This document shows, in pieces, positions 1 to 10,203 of a stretch of DNA of 64,000 nucleotides. Both the position numbers and the translations under genes were made by a program. How positions within the stretch are numbered: position 1 is the first letter of the stretch; the number at the start of each line of letters is the position of its first letter. Source of the DNA: Heterodontus francisci (Eukaryota); NCBI RefSeq assembly GCF_036365525.1, contig NW_027140825.1, positions 1,426,001 through 1,490,000 on the forward strand. Reading direction: 5' to 3'. Under the pieces are notes generated by a model. It was not told the DNA's origin and made no database searches. It saw nothing but the letters and a program-made list of their open reading frames with translations.

Positions 1-27
1 TTTAGGGGCAGGTTGGGAGAGTGAGGA

Positions 28-66
28 TGTTTTTGTCTCACTCTGCCGCAGGGTTGTATCGCTGTG
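28..66 (-). promoter_or_regulatory. 23-bp-spacer recombination signal sequence
   Basis: CACAGCG (60-66) + 23 nt + ACAAAAACA (28-36). Confidence 0.92.
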
Positions 67-686
67 CCCATACTCGCTGCACAGTAGTAGGTCGCAGTGT
101 CTGTCGGCTGGGGGTCGACCAGCTGCAGGGAGAATCGGTTGCTTGCAGAGTCTTGTTGCACAGTGAACCGCTTCTCAAAGCCTGGCCCACAGCTGCCGTG
201 CTCATTGCACATCCACTTTACTGCCTTCCCCTCCTGCCTGTACCAGTGCATGGTGTAGCTGCCCATGCTGGCTCCCTCCAAGCTGCAGCCGAGGGCGAGG
301 GGCTTCCCCGGTCGAATAGAAGCCGCAGCTGGAGTCTGGATCACAGTGGGTGCAGACTGAACCCCTGGAACACATTCCATAAAAGAAAGTAATTCAGAAT
401 CATGGAAGGAAAATGGTAGCATAAATCATAAAATCTAACAGAATAGAAAGAGGCCGTTCTGCCCATCGTATCTGCTGTTTGAAAGAGCTATCGAGTTAGT
501 CGCACTTGCCCCTGCTCCTACCCCATTGCCCTCCCAATTTCCCTGCTCCAAGCCCTGATCCAATAGCCATTTGGGAGATTACTATTGAATCTACTTCCAC
601 CTGCTGAAGGGATAGTACTTACACCAAATCCAATGTCCAAGCAATAAGATGACCAAGATTGAGATGTTTTTAGCTGAGAGTGCCAT
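67..686 (-). CDS. Intact T-cell receptor V gene segment (leader exon 623-686, V exon 67-364); probably TRBV, TRA/DV not excluded
   Basis: Leader MALSAKNISILVILLLGHWIW ends at a gtaagt donor (phase 1); acceptor ttccag at 365-370. Open V exon: VQSAPTVIQTPAAASIRPGKPLALGCSLEGASMGSYTMHWYRQEGKAVKWMCNEHGSCGPGFEKRFTVQQDSASNRFSLQLVDPQPTDTATYYCAASM, with both canonical Cys and WYRQ, followed by a 23-RSS. Not in the ORF track because the frame runs off the window edge. Confidence 0.93.
420..600 (-). mobile_element. CR1/HE1-type 3' tail fragment in the V leader intron
   Basis: Reverse complement of the CR1/SINE 3' end motif (agaggcc...gcccatcg...attgaatctacttccacc) that recurs across the window. Confidence 0.55.
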
Positions 687-919
687 CGCCCTTCTCAGAA
701 GCAGAGAGGCAGCCCTTACTGAGCAACAAGCCAGCGCCTGGTAAATGGAAATGCCACCACTTGTGATGAAGAGAGTGGAATGATTGGCCGCCCATCCTGT
801 ACCTCGACCACGCCTGTCAGCAGAGTGAACAAATGAGGAGCACTTCCGTCGGCAACATTGCTGTTATTTATGCAGATTGCTGCAAGCCCCTTAGCCCGAC
901 TTTCCCTCTTCCCTTCCCA

Positions 920-2480
920 ACATTCCCACCTTTCCTTCGATGGAATATTGCCTTATTTTTTGATTGGCTGACCATGCGAAAGTTAGGTAGGAAAACAAAT
1001 TGTGAGGAGGGCACAAAGAGTCTGCAGAGGGTTATAGATAGGTTAAGTGAGTTGGGCAAAAAATTGGCAGATGGAGTATACTGTGGGCAAATGTGAGCTT
1101 GCCCAATTTGGCAGGAAGAATGGGAATTCAGAATATTATTTAAATAGAGAGAGACTGCAGGACTCCACAGTACAGAGGGATCTGGGTGTCCTGGTACATG
1201 AATCACAAAAAGTCAGCATGTAGTTACAGCGCGTGATTAGGAAGGCAAATGAAATGTTGTTGTTTATTGCAAGGGGAATCGAATTCAAAAGTAGGGAAGT
1301 GTTGCTACAGCTGTACAGGGCCTTAGTTAGAATTAGAATTAGAATATTACAGCGCAGTACAGGCCCTTCGGCCCTCGATGTTGCGCCGATCATCTGACCT
1401 ACACTATTCCATTTACATCCATATGTCTATCCAATGACCACTTAAATGCCCTTAAAGTTGGCGAGTCTGGAGTAATGTGGACTGTTTTGGTCTGAATAAT
1501 TGTCTTATGAGGAAATGTTGAGCAGTTTGAGCCGATACCCACTGGAGTTTAGAAGAATGAGAGGTGATCTTATCGAAACATGTCATATTTTAAGGGGGAT
1601 TGACAGCGTGGAAACCGAGAGGATGTTTCCCCCTGGTGGGCGAATCTAGAACTGGGCAGCATAATTTCAAAATAAGTGATTGGCAGATGGAGTATAATGT
1701 GGGGAAAATTGAGGTTGTTCACTTTGGTTGCAAGAATATAACTTTTTACAAGGCGTGAATCTTCTCGATGTTGCTGTTCAGAGAAAATTGGGTGTCCCCC
1801 TACATGAAACACAGTAACTTCACATGCAGGTGCAGCTAGAAATTAGCAAGGCAAATGGCCTGTTGGCCTTTATTGCAAGTGGGATTGGAGTACAGGAATA
1901 AGGAAGTCTTGTTACAATTGGCCAGTGCTTTGGTAAGATCACATCTGCCTTACTGTACGCAGTTTTGGTCTCCACATCCGAGGAAGGCTACACTTGCCTT
2001 GGTGGCAGTACAGCGAAGGGTCACTCCATTGTTTCCTGGGATGAAAGGTTTGTCCTAATATGAGAGGGCCTGTAGTCTATGGAGTTTAGAAGAATGAAAG
2101 GTGATCTCAGTGAAACATACAAGATTCTGAAGGTGCTTGCCTGGGTAGACACTGAGAAGTTGTTTCCCCTGGCTGGGGAATCTAGTACAGCCTAAGGATG
2201 AGGGGCCAAGCATTTGGGACTGAGATAAGGAGAGGTTTCTTCACTCAAAGGGTGGTAAATCTTTGGAATTCCCTACCCCCGGGGGTGGTGGATGCTCCAT
2301 TATTGAATATATTTAAGGCTGGGATAGACAGATATGTGGTGACTGATGGACTGAAGGGATATGGGGAGCGGGTGGAAAAGTGGAGTTGAGTTAGTGGATC
2401 AGTCATGATGGAATTGAATGACAGAGTAGGATCGACGGGCCGAATGGTCTACTCCTGCTCCGATTTCTCATGTTATTCTG
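920..2480 (+). mobile_element. Degenerate CR1 LINE fragments (RT C-terminus and 3' UTR) with an inverted CR1/SINE tail inserted at about 1327-1467
   Basis: Peptides LEYRNKEVLLQL..LVRSHL.YC.QFWSP and FFTQRVVNLWNSLP; multiple stops and frameshifts. Confidence 0.85.
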
Positions 2481-2609
2481 AAATCTAGTCATTTGATTCA
2501 TGATGATTCCATTAACACAATCTAAAAGCCCGTTAACTTTAACTGCAGGCTCTTTACATCAGTGTTCACCCTTCAATGATCAGACCAGAATAATTCTCTG
2601 CTGGCCTCA

Positions 2610-3335
2610 TTCAGTATCTTCCCTGCAAGTGATACTTGGATTCATTTTTGGCCCCATCAACGTACATAACACAACATTTGCCTAAATTTAATGCCAGTTG
2701 CCATTGTGTGGCCTTATCCCCTGCCACAGGGAAATCACTTTGGATTCCACAGGACCCCTCTACTGTCTTAACCCGTGCAAAGATTTTAGTGACATCTGCA
2801 AACATTCTTTTATTATTTCATTGGATGTGGGAGTCACTGGCCAGGCCAGCAATTATTGCCCATCCCTAATCGCCCTTGCGAAGGTGGTGGTGAGCTGCCT
2901 TCTTGAACCACTGCAGTCCATGAAAGGTGGGCACACCCACAGTGCTGTTAGGAAGGGAGTTCCAGGATTTTGACCCAGCGACAGTGAAGGAACGGCCGAT
3001 ACAGTTCCAAGTCAGGATGGTGTGTGGCTTGGAGGGGAACTTGCAGGTGGTGGTGTTGGCATGCGTTTGCTGCACTTGTCCTTCTAGATTGAGGTCGCGG
3101 GTTTGGAAGGTGCTGTCGAAGGAGCCTTGGTGCGTTACTGCAGTGCATTGTGTAGCTGGTACACACTGCTGCCACTGTGCGTCTGTGGCGGAGGGAGTGA
3201 ATATTTAAGGTGGTGTTTGCTTAGTTAGATTCCCCCAGCTGCTGTGGTGGGATTTGAACTCTTGTGCTCTGGATCATTCGGCCGAAGCCTCAGGATTACT
3301 AGTCCCAGTAACATAACAGCAATGCTACCGTACCC
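2610..3335 (-). mobile_element. CR1 fragment, 3' end of a second CR1-clade family (2810-3210) and a short tRNA-derived SINE (about 3225-3335)
   Basis: FADVTKI motif; SKSWNSLPNSTVG...KKAAHHHL terminus; gtgggatttgaac B-box-like head. Confidence 0.7.
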
Positions 3336-3371
3336 CCAGAGACTGGGGTAAGGTGTATTACACAATTCCCA

Positions 3372-3410
3372 AGTTTTTGCCGTGTTTCCTTGCATTCTAG
3401 GTACACTGTG
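3372..3410 (-). promoter_or_regulatory. 23-RSS
   Basis: CACAGTG (3404-3410) + 23 nt + GCAAAAACT (3372-3380). Confidence 0.88.
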
Positions 3411-3690
3411 TGTATCCTTGTGAGCCCCACAGTAGTAAGTGCTGTTGTCTTGGACTCGGGAGCTTTTCCAGGACAGAGTGAAAGTGTTGGCCTGAGTCTT
3501 GTGCTGGGTTTCAATCCTTTTCCTGTAGTTCAATGCAGAAAGTACACTCTATCCGATCCATTCCAGGCAGTCACCAATCTGCAATTACCAGTCCAAGCAA
3601 CACTCAGTCATGTTTCCCTGCCCAATGCTTCTGTGGAACGTGGGTTCCTCCACGGGAACCAGAGCATTGACCACCGGGGACTGGAGAACC
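3411..3690 (-). pseudogene. TCR V pseudogene, family A copy 1
   Basis: VLQSPVVNALVPVEEPTFHRSIGQGNMTECCLDW*LQIGDCLEWIG*SVLSALNYRKRIETQHKTQANTFTLSWKSSRVQDNSTYYCGAHKDT; first Cys lost, two stops, intact 23-RSS. Confidence 0.85.
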
Positions 3691-4409
3691 ATCTAACATC
3701 TAACAAGATTCTTCACACAGTATGGCAGATCAATGGGGAGAGAACGACAGGGGGCCACAGGGAGGGACAGAGGCAAAAGCAGAAGAGAGGGAGTAAGAAG
3801 GAGACAAATTATTCTTCTCCAGTCACGCTGCTACATTCATACTTATATTTGCTCCACAGGTTAAGCCCAATTATAAATCAGATTTATTACATTGATAAAA
3901 CTATAAATGCACCAAACTCGGAAGGATGAATACAAACCAATTCAGTCTGCATCTGAGTAAAAAGAAAATTGGTAATGTTTAATGATGATACTCGGTCAGA
4001 ATAATCCTAACTGCTGTTCACATCAAGGAACAGTAAATTATTTCAATTTGGTTGACGAGGAGATTATGTATAGCAATGCATAAAGTAACTATTACGAACA
4101 TTAATTTCATCAACAATGGGACCAAATGGGGACAGTGGTGTTTTGTGTCTTAAAGGTGGAAAGCAGGAATATGGAAAGCAGATCTCAAACTACTTTGAGA
4201 TTCTTTTCAGAGGAGGAGGCTCGTTATAAGCAGTGTGATCAAACCGCCCCTGCTGCTGTGGAAACTGCAGATAGGTCAAATAACCAGTGTCACTGGCGTT
4301 GTATTCCTTGCAGAGCACCCTCTGACCACATCATACCAACAAAACCTTAGAGGGGAACAGAGCCGGACAGGCAGAGGCCATCCCGGGGAACCCCACATAG
4401 GGAGAAATA

Positions 4410-4995
4410 AAGAGAGAATGAGAGAGAGAGAACAACTGAGAGGAGGCAAGGGAGAGGTAGAGTTAGGCAAAGACAGAGAGAGAGAGAGACAGACAGACAG
4501 ATCAACAAAGCCACTGAGAGATGGAATGATTCAGGGAAAATTAGTTGGAAAGAGAGAGAGAGAGAGATTGAGAGAACTAGTGACAGATAGAGAGAATGAG
4601 GCACTAGGAGGTGTAGAGACAGACAGGGAGAGACAGAGACAGAGCGACACAGAGACAGGAAATGAGAGGAGCTAGGCAGAATTAATTAGAGAGAGAGAGA
4701 CAGAATGAGACTGAGTGCGTGTGAGAGAGAAATAGAGACAGACAGCAAGAGTAAGCGAGGAAATGAGAGGCGAGAAAGAGAGGGGAAGGAAAGAAGCGAG
4801 TGAGATAAAGAGAGAGAATGAGAATGGGTGTGTGTGTGAGAGACAGAAAAAGCAACAGAGCTGAGAGGAAATGAGAGAAGGAAAGAGAGACAGGGATAAA
4901 GAAAGAGAATGAGAGTGAGTGTGTGTGAGAGAGGAAAGATAACAAGACCAACAGAGACAGAGAAACAGACATGACAAGAGAGAGTAAGGAAACAA
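4410..4995. repeat. GA-rich low-complexity tract (paralogous tract at 10410-10990)
   Basis: (GA)n/(GAGA)n-rich purine stretch. Confidence 0.85.
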
Positions 4996-5099
4996 TTTTA
5001 CAGAACAATGTAAACGATTTTTTTAAATCAATATTGGTGAAGTCTGATGTGTTCCCTGGTCCTAGCTCGCCCTCTGCTGTCCCCCTGGAGGAGAAAACC

Positions 5100-5860
5100 C
5101 CCCAAAAATACAAAATCAACTGCAGCAGAAAAAAACACTAACAAATTCAACAATAACTTCAACAGGAAAAAAAAAGCACCAATGAAAAGGGCGACACAGA
5201 GGCCTCATTGTTAGCACCGCAGCCTCATAGCTCCAGCGACCCGTGTTCAATTCTGGGTACTGCCTGTGTGGAGTTTGCAAGTTCTCCCTGTGTCTGCGTA
5301 CTTTCCTCTGGGTTCTCCGGATTCCTCCCACATGCCATTATAAATTACCCGTGGTATAGGTAGGTGGTAGCGAAATACAGGGACAGGTGGGGATGTGGTA
5401 GGAATATGGAATTAGTGTAGGATTGGTATAAATGGGTGGTTGATGGTCGGCACAGACTTGGTGGGCCAAAGGGCCTGTTTCAGTGCTGTATCTGTAAACT
5501 AAACTCCAAACTAAACAACTTCAACAGGAAAAACACCAACAAATTCAACAACAACTTATTACAGGAAAAACATCAACAAATTCAACAACCACTTCAACAG
5601 GACATAACACCAACAAATTCAACAACAACTGCAGCAGGATAAAAACACCAACAAATTCAACAACAACCTCAACAGGAAAAACACCATCAAATTCAACAAC
5701 AATTGCAACAGGAAAAACACCAACAATGCCAACAACAGCTTTAGCAGGAGAAAAACACCAACAAAGTCAACAACAACTTCAGCAGGAAAAACAGCAACAA
5801 ATTCAACAACAACCTCAACAGGAAAAACACCAACAAACTCAACAACAACTTCAGCAGGAT
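5100..5860 (+). repeat. CAA-rich degenerate minisatellite (aggaaaaacaccaacaaattcaacaacaac), interrupted by a SINE; related arrays at 11070-11575 and 55430-56360
   Basis: Recurring units of about 35-38 bp visible in the sequence. Confidence 0.85.
5189..5512 (+). mobile_element. tRNA-derived V-SINE/HE1-like SINE
   Basis: tRNA-like head (gttagcaccgcagcctca...gttcaattctggg), tgtgtggagtttgca core, CR1-like tail ending in taaac repeats. Confidence 0.85.
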
Positions 5861-5989
5861 CTGCACGTTGTCTGTTCCTGGGATCTTGCCTTGTAGAAAG
5901 TGGCTGCCACTGTTCCTACATTACATCAGGGGCTGTACTTCGAAACAGTAGCAAAGAGTATGGGAATAGCAAAACCTATGAGATTAGCA

Positions 5990-6322
5990 AAAAATGCGAG
6001 ATCTTGGGCTTCATAAATAGAGGCACTGCCTACAAAAACTGGGAAGTTATGCTGAACCTTTATAATGCTCTAGTGAGGCCACAACTGGAGAATTGCATCC
6101 AGTTCAGGTCAAAACACTTTCGGAAGGAGGTGAGGGTCATTGAGAGGGTGCAGAGGAGATTTACCAGAATGGTTCCAGGAATGGAGGATTTCAGTTACAA
6201 GGTTAGGTTGGAGAAGCTGGGGTTGTTCTCCCTGGAGAAACTGAGATTGAGTGGAGACCTGATAGAGGTGTACAAGATTGTGACAGGTTTAGATAAAGAT
6301 CACAAAGAAAAGCTGCTACTCA
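5990..6322 (+). mobile_element. CR1 LINE RT fragment (paralog at 11690-12020)
   Basis: LYNALVRPQLENCIQF...ERVQRRFTRMVPGM...LEKLGLFSLE. Confidence 0.85.
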
Positions 6323-6816
6323 TCCAGGAGTCAGTCCCCCAGCTCCACTGACTTGTCCCACAGTGTTGGTGTTCCTGCTCCTCACCCAGGCGTCAGTCCT
6401 CCAGCTCCACTGACCAGTCCCACAGTGTTGGTGTTCCTGCTCCTCACCCAGGCGTCAGTCCCCCAGCTCCACTGACTAGTCCCACAGTGTTGGTGTTCCT
6501 GCTACTCACCCAGGCGTCAGTCCTCCAGCTCCACTGACTAGTCCCACAGTGTTGGTGTTCCTGCTACTCACCCAGGCGTCAGTCCTCCAGCTCCACTGAC
6601 CAGTCCCACAGTGTTGGTGTTCCTGCTCCTCACCCAGGCGTCAGTCCCCCAGCTCCACTGACTAGTCCCACAGTGTTGGTGTTCCTGCTGCTCACCCAGG
6701 AGTCAGTCCTCCAGCTCCACTGACTAGTCCCACAGTCTTGGTGTTCCTGCTTCTCACCCAGGCGTCAGTCCACCAGCTCCACTGACTAGTCCCACAGTCT
6801 TGGTGTTCCTGCTCCT
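6321..6816 (+). repeat. 62-bp VNTR, about 8 copies
   Basis: Unit cccaggcgtcagtcctccagctccactgactagtcccacagtgttggtgttcctgctcctca, period 62; only one unit in the paralogous cassette (about 12020-12080). Confidence 0.92.
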
Positions 6817-7444
6817 CGCTCCAGCTGCAGGGAATATACAGCACAGAAACAGGCCATTCGTTCCGATACATCCATGCTGGTCTTTTTGGTCCACACGAAC
6901 GTTGTTCCACGCCCTCTTCATCTCGCCCCCAGGCAGATATCCTTCTGTTCCTCTCTCCCTCATGTCCTCTCCAGCTTCCCCCCAGCTTAAATATATCTTC
7001 CCTATTCCCCTCAGCCTGTGATAATGAGTTCCACATTCTCCCCATTCTCTGGGTGAAGATGTTTCTCCCGAATTCCCAATTGGATTTATTGCTGACTGTC
7101 TTATATTGATGCCCCACCCCTTTTTCTAGTCTCACCCACAAATGAAAAAAATCTTCTCTACATTTATCTGATCAAAAACCCTTTCATAATCTTAAAGAGC
7201 TCTGTCAGGGCATTCCTGAGCCTTCTCTTTTCAAGCGAAAAGAGCCCAATCTGTTCAGTCTTTTTCTGATCATTATAACCTCCCAGTTCTGGTATCATCC
7301 TTGAAGATATTTCCGTGCATCTTTTCCCCGACGTTCAATGCAACCTGTGTCTTCATCATGTCAAAGACATGTTCACACTGCAATAGGTAAACCCAACAGG
7401 AGACAGAGCTGCAGGCTTTTATCTGAAACAGGTGTTTCTGTTGG

Positions 7445-7483
7445 TGTTTTTATTGAACTGCTCCATCTCTCTGAGTCACTGTG
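7445..7483 (-). promoter_or_regulatory. 23-RSS
   Basis: CACAGTG (7477-7483) + 23 nt + ATAAAAACA. Confidence 0.88.
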
Positions 7484-7974
7484 CTGACTCCAGGCACAGA
7501 AATATAGGGCTGAGTGATTCTCCCACATGCTGATGGACTCCAGGTTGAACTGGGAGCCAGTCGGTCTCTTGGCGTTGAAACCCTCCACCGTCGCCTCAGA
7601 GTTCACACCTAGTGTAGCTGCGGAGTAAAACATCAGCCGTGGCTCCTTCCCCGGTCCTGTCTGTACCAGAACATGGAACCGCTACTCTCATCCTCCACAC
7701 GGCACTCCAGTCCCACTCCCTCCCCAGGAAATCTGGAGACAGCGGTGGGAGTCTGTCGGACCCTCGCTGAGATTGCGCCTGGGGGAAGAGACCGGGAGAG
7801 AAGAAAGTCAGTGAACATGGACAATCTGGGATGTGAAGAATGAAGGAAGGAGAGAAAGATAGAGAGAAAGAAAATAAGAAAGAGAGCTGTTAATAATAAC
7901 AATGGGGGTGGGGGAGGTGGTGAGAAAGATCCCTTACTTTGAAATAAGACCATGAGACTCAGTAACAGATACAT
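7484..7974 (-). pseudogene. TCR beta V pseudogene (CAWS-type), family B copy 1; leader 7938-7974, V exon 7484-7778
   Basis: Leader MYLLLSLMVLFQ with gtaag donor. V: SAISARVRQTPTAVSRFPGEGVGLECRVEDESSGSMFWYRQDRG / KEPRLMFYSAATLGVNSEATVEGFNAKRPTGSQFNLESISMWENHSALYFCAWSQ. A single 1-bp frameshift near 7650. The RP..QF.L and CAWS motifs are typical of TRBV. Confidence 0.88.
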
Positions 7975-8129
7975 CTTCCACTGGAAGCTTATCCTGCAAA
8001 TGGTAAATCAGTGGAAAGAAGAGAGTTGAGTCTTGTGAGGAGCCACATGTAGACTCAAGCAAGTGATTCAGGTTTGCACAACACCTCCCTCCCTGATGGG
8101 GAACCCACGCCCCTCTCTCTACCATTGGC

Positions 8130-8440
8130 TGCCAGAAGTTGCTGTTGCATTTGCTGGTATCATTCTGCTGCTGAGGTTGTTGTTGTATTTGCTGGTGTTT
8201 TTCTCCGACTGAGGTTGTTGAATTTGTTGGTGTTTGAATCTCCTGCTGATCTATTGTTGAATTTGTTGGCCTTGTTCTCCTGCTGAGGTAGTTGTTGTGT
8301 TGGTTGGTGTTTTCCCTGCTGAGGTTTTTGTTGTACTTGTTGTTTTCTTCCCTGCTTAAATTGTTGTTCAATTTGGTTTTTCCATGCTGAGGTTGTTGTT
8401 GTATTTTTGGTGTTTTTCTTTCCCTGCTGAGGTTATTTTC
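8130..8440 (-). repeat. TTG-rich array, reverse complement of the CAA minisatellite (also 13070-13360, 14490-14720, 61255-61565, 62715-62950)
   Basis: gttgttgaatttgttggtgttt units. Confidence 0.8.
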
Positions 8441-8454
8441 TCTTTTTTACTTCA

Positions 8455-8980
8455 TTCATGGGATTTTGGGCGATGCTGGTTGAGGTCAGCATTTATTGTC
8501 CATCCCTAATTGCCCCTTGAGAAGGTGGTGGTGAGCTGCCTTCGTGAACCACTGCAGTCCATGTAGTGTAGGTACACCCACAGTGCTGTTAGGAAGGGAG
8601 TTTCAGGATTTTGACCCAGCGACAATGAAGGAACGGTGATATAGTTCCAAGTCACGATAGTGTGTGACTTGGAGGGGAACTTGCAGGCGATGGTGTCCCC
8701 ATGCGTCTGCTGCCCTTGTCCATCTAGTTGGTAGAGGCCGCGGGTTTGAAAGGTGCTGTCGAAGGAGCTTTGGTGCATTACTGCAGTGCTTTTTGCAGCT
8801 GGTACATACTGCTTCCACTGTGCGTCGGTGGTGGTGGGAGTGAATATTTAAGGTGATGTTTGTTTAGTTAGATTCCCCCAGCAGCTGTGGTGAGATTTGA
8901 ACTCCTGTGCTCTGGATCATTCAGTCGAGGCCTCTGGATTACTAGTCCCAGTAACATCACAGCTATACTACCATACCCCC
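8455..8980 (-). mobile_element. CR1-clade LINE 3' end plus short SINE (paralog of 2810-3335)
   Basis: Closely matches 2810-3335. Confidence 0.75.
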
Positions 8981-9014
8981 AGAGACTGGGGTAAGGTGTA
9001 TTACATCATTCCCG

Positions 9015-9053
9015 AGTTTTTGCCGTGTTTCCTTGCATTCTAGTTACACTGTG
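9015..9053 (-). promoter_or_regulatory. 23-RSS
   Basis: CACAGTG (9047-9053) + 23 nt + GCAAAAACT. Confidence 0.88.
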
Positions 9054-9327
9054 TGTGTACTTGTGAGCCCCGCAGTAGTAAGTGATGTTGTCTTGTGCAC
9101 GGGAGCTTTTCAAGGACAGAGTCAAAGTGTTGGCTTGAGTCTCGTGCTGGGTTTCAATCCTTTTCCTGCATTTAGATGCAGAAAGTACAATCTATCTAAT
9201 CCATTCCAGGCAGTCACCAATCTGCAAGTACCAGTCCATACCAGTCATGTTGCCCTGCCCAATACTGCTGTGGAACGTGGTTTCCTCCCTGGGAACCAGG
9301 GCGTTGGCCGCCGGGGACTGCAGAACC
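9054..9327 (-). pseudogene. TCR V pseudogene, family A copy 2
   Basis: VLQSPAANALVPREETTFHSSIGQGNMTGMDWYLQIGDCLEWIR*IVLSASKCRKRIETQHETQANTLTLSLKSSRAQDNITYYCGAHKYT; first Cys replaced by Ser; TAG at the same position as in copy 1. Confidence 0.85.
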
Positions 9328-9881
9328 ATCTAACATCTAACAAGATTCTTCACACAGGATGGCAGATCAATGGGGAGAGAACGATAGTGGGTTACAGGGA
9401 GGGACAGAGGCAAAAGCAGAAGAAAGGGATTAAGAAGGAGACAAAATAATTTCCTCCAGTCATGCTGCTGCCTTCACACTTATATTTGCTCTGCAGGTTA
9501 AGCCTAATTATAAATCAGATTTATTGCATTGATAAAACTATAAATGCGCCAGACCCGGAAGGATGAACACAAACCAGCTCAGTCTGCATCTGAGAAAGAG
9601 GAAAATTGGTAATGTTTCAGGATGATACTCTGTTAAAAGAATCCTAACTGCTGTTCACATCAAGGAACAGTAAATTATTTCAGTTTGGTTGACGAGCTGA
9701 TGATGTATAACAATGCATAAAGTAACTATTACGAACATTAATTTCATCAACAATGGTACCAAATGGGGATAGTGGTGTTTCCTGTCTTAAAGGTGGAAAG
9801 CAGGAATATGGAATGGCAAGGAATCATGACCACTATCTCCGAATAACACTTCAGTATCTTCTGTCAGCAGATCTCTAACTA

Positions 9882-10203
9882 GTTTGGTTTAGTTTAGAGA
9901 TACAGCACTGAAACAGGCCCATCGGCCCACCGAGTCTGTGCCGACCATCAACCACCCATTTATACTAATCCGATACCAATTCCATATTCCTACCACATTC
10001 CCACCTGTCCCTATATTCCCCTACCACCTACCTATACAAGGGGCAATTTATAATGGCCAATTAACCTATCAACCAGCAAGTCTTTGGCATGTGGGAGGAA
10101 ACCGGAGCACCCGGAGGAAACCCACGCAGACACAGGGAGAACTTGCAAACTCCACAAAGGCAGTATCCAGAATTGAACCCGGGTCGCTGGAGCTGTGAGG
10201 CTG
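9882..10203 (-). mobile_element. V-SINE/HE1-like SINE, present only in cassette copy 2
   Basis: Reverse complement of the SINE at 5189-5512; the corresponding site near 4190 in copy 1 is empty. Confidence 0.85.

Noticed and set aside
21-392. Plus-strand ORFs 21-392, 3390-3929 and 9033-9449
   Set aside because: They are antisense shadows of the V exons
3411-3960. Family A as a NAR-TCR supporting V-delta (CDR1 Cys, no clear leader)
   Set aside because: The CDR1 Cys occur only in one degenerate copy, and no NAR-type V, D or J is visible upstream
6321-6816. CRISPR-like array
   Set aside because: Head-to-tail repeats with no unique spacers, in vertebrate DNA
7645-7655. Frameshift in the family B V being a homopolymer sequencing error
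   Set aside because: The paralog near 60765 has the same 1-bp shortage without a homopolymer, so the lesion is probably real
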